Assembly (NCBI GenBank): GCA_964626265.1
Contig: CAZVCG010000005.1
Span: 14,651-65,260 of the forward strand
Reading direction: 5' to 3'
DNA: 50,610 nucleotides
From: an uncultured Rhodospirillaceae bacterium
Lineage (GTDB): Bacteria > Pseudomonadota > Alphaproteobacteria > UBA9219
Every line of letters starts with the position of its first letter. Positions within the stretch are counted from its first letter, which is position 1. The notes beneath the pieces were generated by a model. That model ran no database searches, was not told where the DNA came from, and saw only the letters and a list, made by a program, of their open reading frames with translations. A program made the position numbers and the translations under genes. Shown here piece by piece: positions 46,634 through 50,610 of the stretch.

Positions 46634-49192
46634 ATGGGAAGGTGCTTTGGAATGCGTTTATTGGGTGCTTTGTTTTCTCTGGCGCTACTATTGGTCGGCG
46701 TTGCCGCCGGTGCGCTGGTGCTAGGTTTCAGCTATTACGGTAAGAACCTGCCGGATTATGAGTTCCTAAAGGACTATCAGCCGCCGATCCTGACGCGCAT
46801 TTACGCCGACGACGGGCGTATGATGGCGACGATTGCGGCGGAACAACGCATTTTCGTGCCCATTAAGACGATCCCCAAGCACGTTACCGACGCCTTTATT
46901 TCCGCCGAGGATCAAAGCTTTTATCAACACGGCGGCGTAGATTTCATGGGTATCGTCCGCGCGGCCTTTATGAACCTGAAAAACGTGGGCCGCGACCGCC
47001 GTCCGATGGGCGCGTCGACGATTACGCAACAAGTCGCGAAAAACATGTTGCTGAGCAACGAGGTGTCTATCGCGCGCAAGGCGAAAGAGATCATATTGGC
47101 CATGCGGCTTGAAAAAGCGTTGAGTAAAGAACGCATTCTCGAAATCTATATCAACGAAATTTTTCTTGGGAACCGTTCATATGGCGTGGCGGCGGCGGCG
47201 CTCAATTATTTCAACAAGTCGCTCGACGAATTGACGATTGCCGAAGCAGCCTATCTCGCCGCGCTACCCAAGGCGCCGAACAATTACAACCCGGTGCGCG
47301 ATCATGACGCCGCCGTCGCGCGACGCAACTGGGTCATCGGGCGCATGGAGGAAGACAGGCGCATTTCGCGCGACGAAGCCAATGCGGCGCGTCAGGAGCC
47401 CTTGCAAACGCGTTCGCGCGACGAGGCGGAAACGGTCACGGCCGATTACTTCACGGAAGAAGTGCGCCGCCAGCTGGCCGCTCTGGTGGGCGAGAAAAAC
47501 CTGTTGGAAGGCGGTCTGGCCGTGAAAACGAGTCTCGATCCGCGCCTGCAGGAAATTTCCAGTCGCGTGTTGCGCGAAGGATTGATCGAGTTCGACAGGC
47601 GGCAACGCGGCTGGCGCGGGCCCGTCGGGCATTTGCCGACGTTGCAGGCATGGCAGGCGCAGCTGAAGAAAATTATGCCGCCGCCCGGCGGCGAAGCGTG
47701 GCCGTTGGCCGTCGTGATCGGGTTCAAGGATAACGCCGCATCCATCGCGTTGATCGACGGAACGCGGGGAAGCATTCCCTGGAGCGAAATGAGCTGGGCG
47801 CGGCGCGAATTGCCCGACGATAAATTCGGCCCACCCATCAAAAAGCCGAGCGATGTGTTGGCGGCGGGCGATGTCGTGATGGTCGAAAAGGTGAAGGCGG
47901 GCGAGGACGGCAAGCCTTATCCCGAAAACACATATACGCTCCGGCAGGTGCCTGTTGTGGAAGGCGCTATCGTTGCGCTCGATCCGCACACGGGCCGCGT
48001 CTTCGCCATGAACGGCGGTTTTAGCGCGAAAATCAGCCAGTTCAACCGCGCGACGCAAGCCAATCGCCAACCCGGTTCGGCGTTCAAGCCGTTCGTTTAT
48101 TTGGCCGCGCTGGACAAGGGTTTTACGCCCGCCAGCCTTGTTCTTGACGCGCCGTTCGAATATGTGCAGGGGCCGGGTCTGCCGTTGTGGCGGCCCGAAA
48201 ACTATTCCCAGCAATTCTATGGCCCGACGCCGTTGCGTGTGGGCATCGAAAAATCGCGCAACGTGATGACGGTGCGGCTTGCGAACGCCATCGGCATGGA
48301 GGCGGTTGTGGAGACCGCCAAGAAGTTCGGCATCGCCGACGACATTCCCAACTTGTTGTCGTTTTCGCTGGGGGCGAAGGAGACGACGGTTCTACGCTTG
48401 ACATCGGCGTATGGCATGATCGTGAACGGCGGGAAGAAAATCACGCCGAGTTTGATCGACCGCGTACAGGACCGCGACGGCCGCACAATCTGGCGGCAGG
48501 ATGGCCGCGCGTGCGAAAGGTGCCTGACATCGGTGTGGGACGCGTTGGCGCCCGTGCCGGAAATCCCCGATGCGCGCGAGCAGATACAGGACCCGCGCAC
48601 GGCCTATCAAATGGTTTCGTTCCTTGAAGGCGTCGTTCAGCGCGGCACGGCCGCGAAGATGAAAGGCATCGGCTTTCCGCTGGCTGGCAAAACGGGTACG
48701 ACGAACGAGGCAAAAGATGCATGGTTTATCGGCTTTACGCCCGATCTGGTGTGCGGGGTGTTCGTCGGCTTTGACGATCCCAAGCCGCTCGGCTCTCACG
48801 AAACGGGCGCAAGCGTCGCCGTGCCGATATTCCAGAAGTTTATGGCCGAGGCCATGAAAGGCAAGCCTGCCACGCCTTTCCGCGTGCCGCCCGGGCTGCG
48901 CATGGTGCGCGTCGATCCAGAAACGGAAGAGTTGGCTCCGCCTAGCGCCAAGAACGCGATATGGGAGGCGTTCATTCCCGGCACCGAACCGCAGGAAGGC
49001 GTGGAGCGTGTGGTGCTTGACGGCAGCGTGACAGGACAAGCAGCGCAAGGCGCGGCGGCGGCGGGATTTGCGCCACCAGCGACAGGGACGGAAGGCGCGC
49101 CAGTCGTTATCGAGGGAGCGCCGCCCGACCCCTATGTTTCGCACCAGACGCCCGTTACGCCATCGACGCAGGGGACGGGCGGGTTGTATTGA
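46634..49192 (+). CDS. mrcA: Penicillin-binding protein 1A
   Basis: GT51 motifs 'SAEDQSF', 'GASTITQQVAKN'; transpeptidase motifs 'SAFK', 'SRN', 'KTG'. Confidence 0.95.
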   Translation: MGRCFGMRLLGALFSLALLLVGVAAGALVLGFSYYGKNLPDYEFLKDYQPPILTRIYADDGRMMATIAAEQRIFVPIKTIPKHVTDAFISAEDQSFYQHGGVDFMGIVRAAFMNLKNVGRDRRPMGASTITQQVAKNMLLSNEVSIARKAKEIILAMRLEKALSKERILEIYINEIFLGNRSYGVAAAALNYFNKSLDELTIAEAAYLAALPKAPNNYNPVRDHDAAVARRNWVIGRMEEDRRISRDEANAARQEPLQTRSRDEAETVTADYFTEEVRRQLAALVGEKNLLEGGLAVKTSLDPRLQEISSRVLREGLIEFDRRQRGWRGPVGHLPTLQAWQAQLKKIMPPPGGEAWPLAVVIGFKDNAASIALIDGTRGSIPWSEMSWARRELPDDKFGPPIKKPSDVLAAGDVVMVEKVKAGEDGKPYPENTYTLRQVPVVEGAIVALDPHTGRVFAMNGGFSAKISQFNRATQANRQPGSAFKPFVYLAALDKGFTPASLVLDAPFEYVQGPGLPLWRPENYSQQFYGPTPLRVGIEKSRNVMTVRLANAIGMEAVVETAKKFGIADDIPNLLSFSLGAKETTVLRLTSAYGMIVNGGKKITPSLIDRVQDRDGRTIWRQDGRACERCLTSVWDALAPVPEIPDAREQIQDPRTAYQMVSFLEGVVQRGTAAKMKGIGFPLAGKTGTTNEAKDAWFIGFTPDLVCGVFVGFDDPKPLGSHETGASVAVPIFQKFMAEAMKGKPATPFRVPPGLRMVRVDPETEELAPPSAKNAIWEAFIPGTEPQEGVERVVLDGSVTGQAAQGAAAAGFAPPATGTEGAPVVIEGAPPDPYVSHQTPVTPSTQGTGGLY

Positions 49193-49269
49193 TAAATCAA
49201 TAGGATATACTTGTTATTACTTGCGGGATTTTTTGTTAAAATGACATGGTCAGTTAGAAGGATTGCTCT

Positions 49270-50142
49270 ATGAAATATGCGCGCTATGGCGAAGAAGGAG
49301 ATTGTGTCGATCTTGCCGAGTTTATACGTCGGCAGGACGGGCTAAGTGATGTTCGCAAGTGGACGGTTCGGCCCTTTTGCCCCGACTGTGGCGCGGCGAT
49401 GCATCCTTATGACGTAAAAGGCGCGCTCGGGTTTCAAACGGTTGCGAAAGAAATCACGCGCGCAAAACCCGGGTTTCACCATTTCGATCATGCGGCGGAA
49501 GCCGATTGCCCCAGTTCATTCGCCAACGACCCGCGGTTTCAGGGCTTGTCGAGGAGCTATCGTTTCGACGGAAGAATTCGCGAAAGAAACAAGCGCGTTT
49601 TGAGCCACCCCGATGTTAGGGCCGAAAACGAAGCGATGCTGGGAAGGCTTCTTCGCGCCTTGAGGGGAGCAACGGTTGAGTTCCAAGAAGTTCAATCCGA
49701 ATTGAATAAAGCCGAGAAGAAATGGGCTACCCTGGAATTGCTCGGAAGCCATCCGTGGGTGTTGCCCTATTTAACGGTATTGTTTGCCGGACATGTTCAG
49801 CGAACAAGCAACAAGGGCAAGCCTTTTAAAGCGGCTTTTGATGCGGTGGGCGAACAGGTTTTGCCTTATACCGATGTTAAAGGCGAGCGTAGATTGATAA
49901 CCGTTCCCCAGAAAGTGCAGCTGTGCTTTGTCAACAAGAGCCGACGGGGCGGCGTAAGGTATGAACCCATGACATATGGCCAGACTTTGTTCGATGTCGC
50001 GCGCAGCAAGCCGCAAAGGCCTGTCTTGGCCAAGACCCCGTATCAACCCGCTCATGATCCGAATGTTCAGAGACCATTGACGCAAACTCATATGTTCAGG
50101 AAAGACGGCGATAACGCCCCCTTGCGTCTCAGGCACGGATAA
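49270..50142 (+). CDS. Hypothetical protein with N-terminal Zn-ribbon-like motif
   Basis: 'FCPDCG...GFHHF...C'; AAGGA SD; AT-rich upstream region. Confidence 0.7.
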   Translation: MKYARYGEEGDCVDLAEFIRRQDGLSDVRKWTVRPFCPDCGAAMHPYDVKGALGFQTVAKEITRAKPGFHHFDHAAEADCPSSFANDPRFQGLSRSYRFDGRIRERNKRVLSHPDVRAENEAMLGRLLRALRGATVEFQEVQSELNKAEKKWATLELLGSHPWVLPYLTVLFAGHVQRTSNKGKPFKAAFDAVGEQVLPYTDVKGERRLITVPQKVQLCFVNKSRRGGVRYEPMTYGQTLFDVARSKPQRPVLAKTPYQPAHDPNVQRPLTQTHMFRKDGDNAPLRLRHG

Positions 50143-50176
50143 GGCATGTAGATGCCGCTTTTTACGAGGTGAAAAC

Positions 50177-50610
50177 ATGCGCGCAGAAGTGCAAGCGGCG
50201 GTCGCGGCGACGGAAAAGTCGCTGGCTCTGCTGAGGAGGCATCTTTGACTACGACAAGGCCCTTATCCGTCTGGATGAGCTGAACGCGCTCGCCGAAAAC
50301 CCCGACCTTTGGAACGATCCGCAAAAGGCGCAAGGCATCATGCGCGAGCGCACGCATCTCGACCAGGCCGTACGCGGCTATCGCGAGGTCGAGCAAATCC
50401 TGAAAGACAACGTCGATTTGCTGGCCATGGCGGAGGCCGAGAACGACGCCGCGCTGGTCAAGGAAGCCGAGGACGCTCTGTTCGCCTTGCGCGAGAGCGC
50501 GGCGCAGCGCGAGCTTGAAAGCCTGCTTTCCGGCGAGGCGGACGCGAACGATTGCTATCTTGAAATCAACGCGGGCGCGGGCGGCACCGAGGCGCAGGAT
50601 TGGGCCGAGA
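50177..50610 (+). CDS. prfB: Peptide chain release factor 2 (partial; programmed +1 frameshift)
   Basis: 23 codons to CTT-TGA-C at 50243-50249 with AGGAGG at 50234-50239. The +1 frame reads 'DYDKALIRLDELN...DLWNDP...GAGGTEAQDWAE'. Confidence 0.97.

Overview
Alphaproteobacterial chromosome segment, inferred from mucR, an alpha-r8/SuhB-type sRNA, and proS-lolE-lolD and mrcA-prfB synteny. Positions 1-15.6 kb hold a Wzx/Wzy-type exopolysaccharide/capsule cluster whose WbaP-like gene lacks its catalytic domain. This is followed by a SuhB/MmgR-like sRNA, tRNA-Val(GAC) and an ISL3 remnant. The main discovery is at 16.7-25.7 kb: an accessory island with FOUR fluoride (crcB-motif) riboswitches but no recognisable Fluc/CrcB or CLC-F exporter. 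Two are identical over 48 bp and two sit head-to-head around divergent sigma70 promoters. Each has a different predicted ON-type expression platform. They precede a CPA antiporter plus USP, two orphan genes, a Cys/His-rich protein, a HEAT-repeat/RppH in-frame fusion, an MFS transporter, a small Trp-rich protein and a dynamin-like GTPase. The rest is mostly core genome: infC (AUA start), thrS, olsB, mucR, lolDE, proS, valS, an RND efflux operon with TetR, mrcA and frameshifted prfB. Oddities there include a ProRS that looks chimeric (non-alphaproteobacterial catalytic domain on a native anticodon domain), a Cys-to-Ser ArsC pseudoenzyme coupled to a pilin, and an in-frame palindromic element. 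All calls come from reading the sequence by eye; no searches or folding programs were run.
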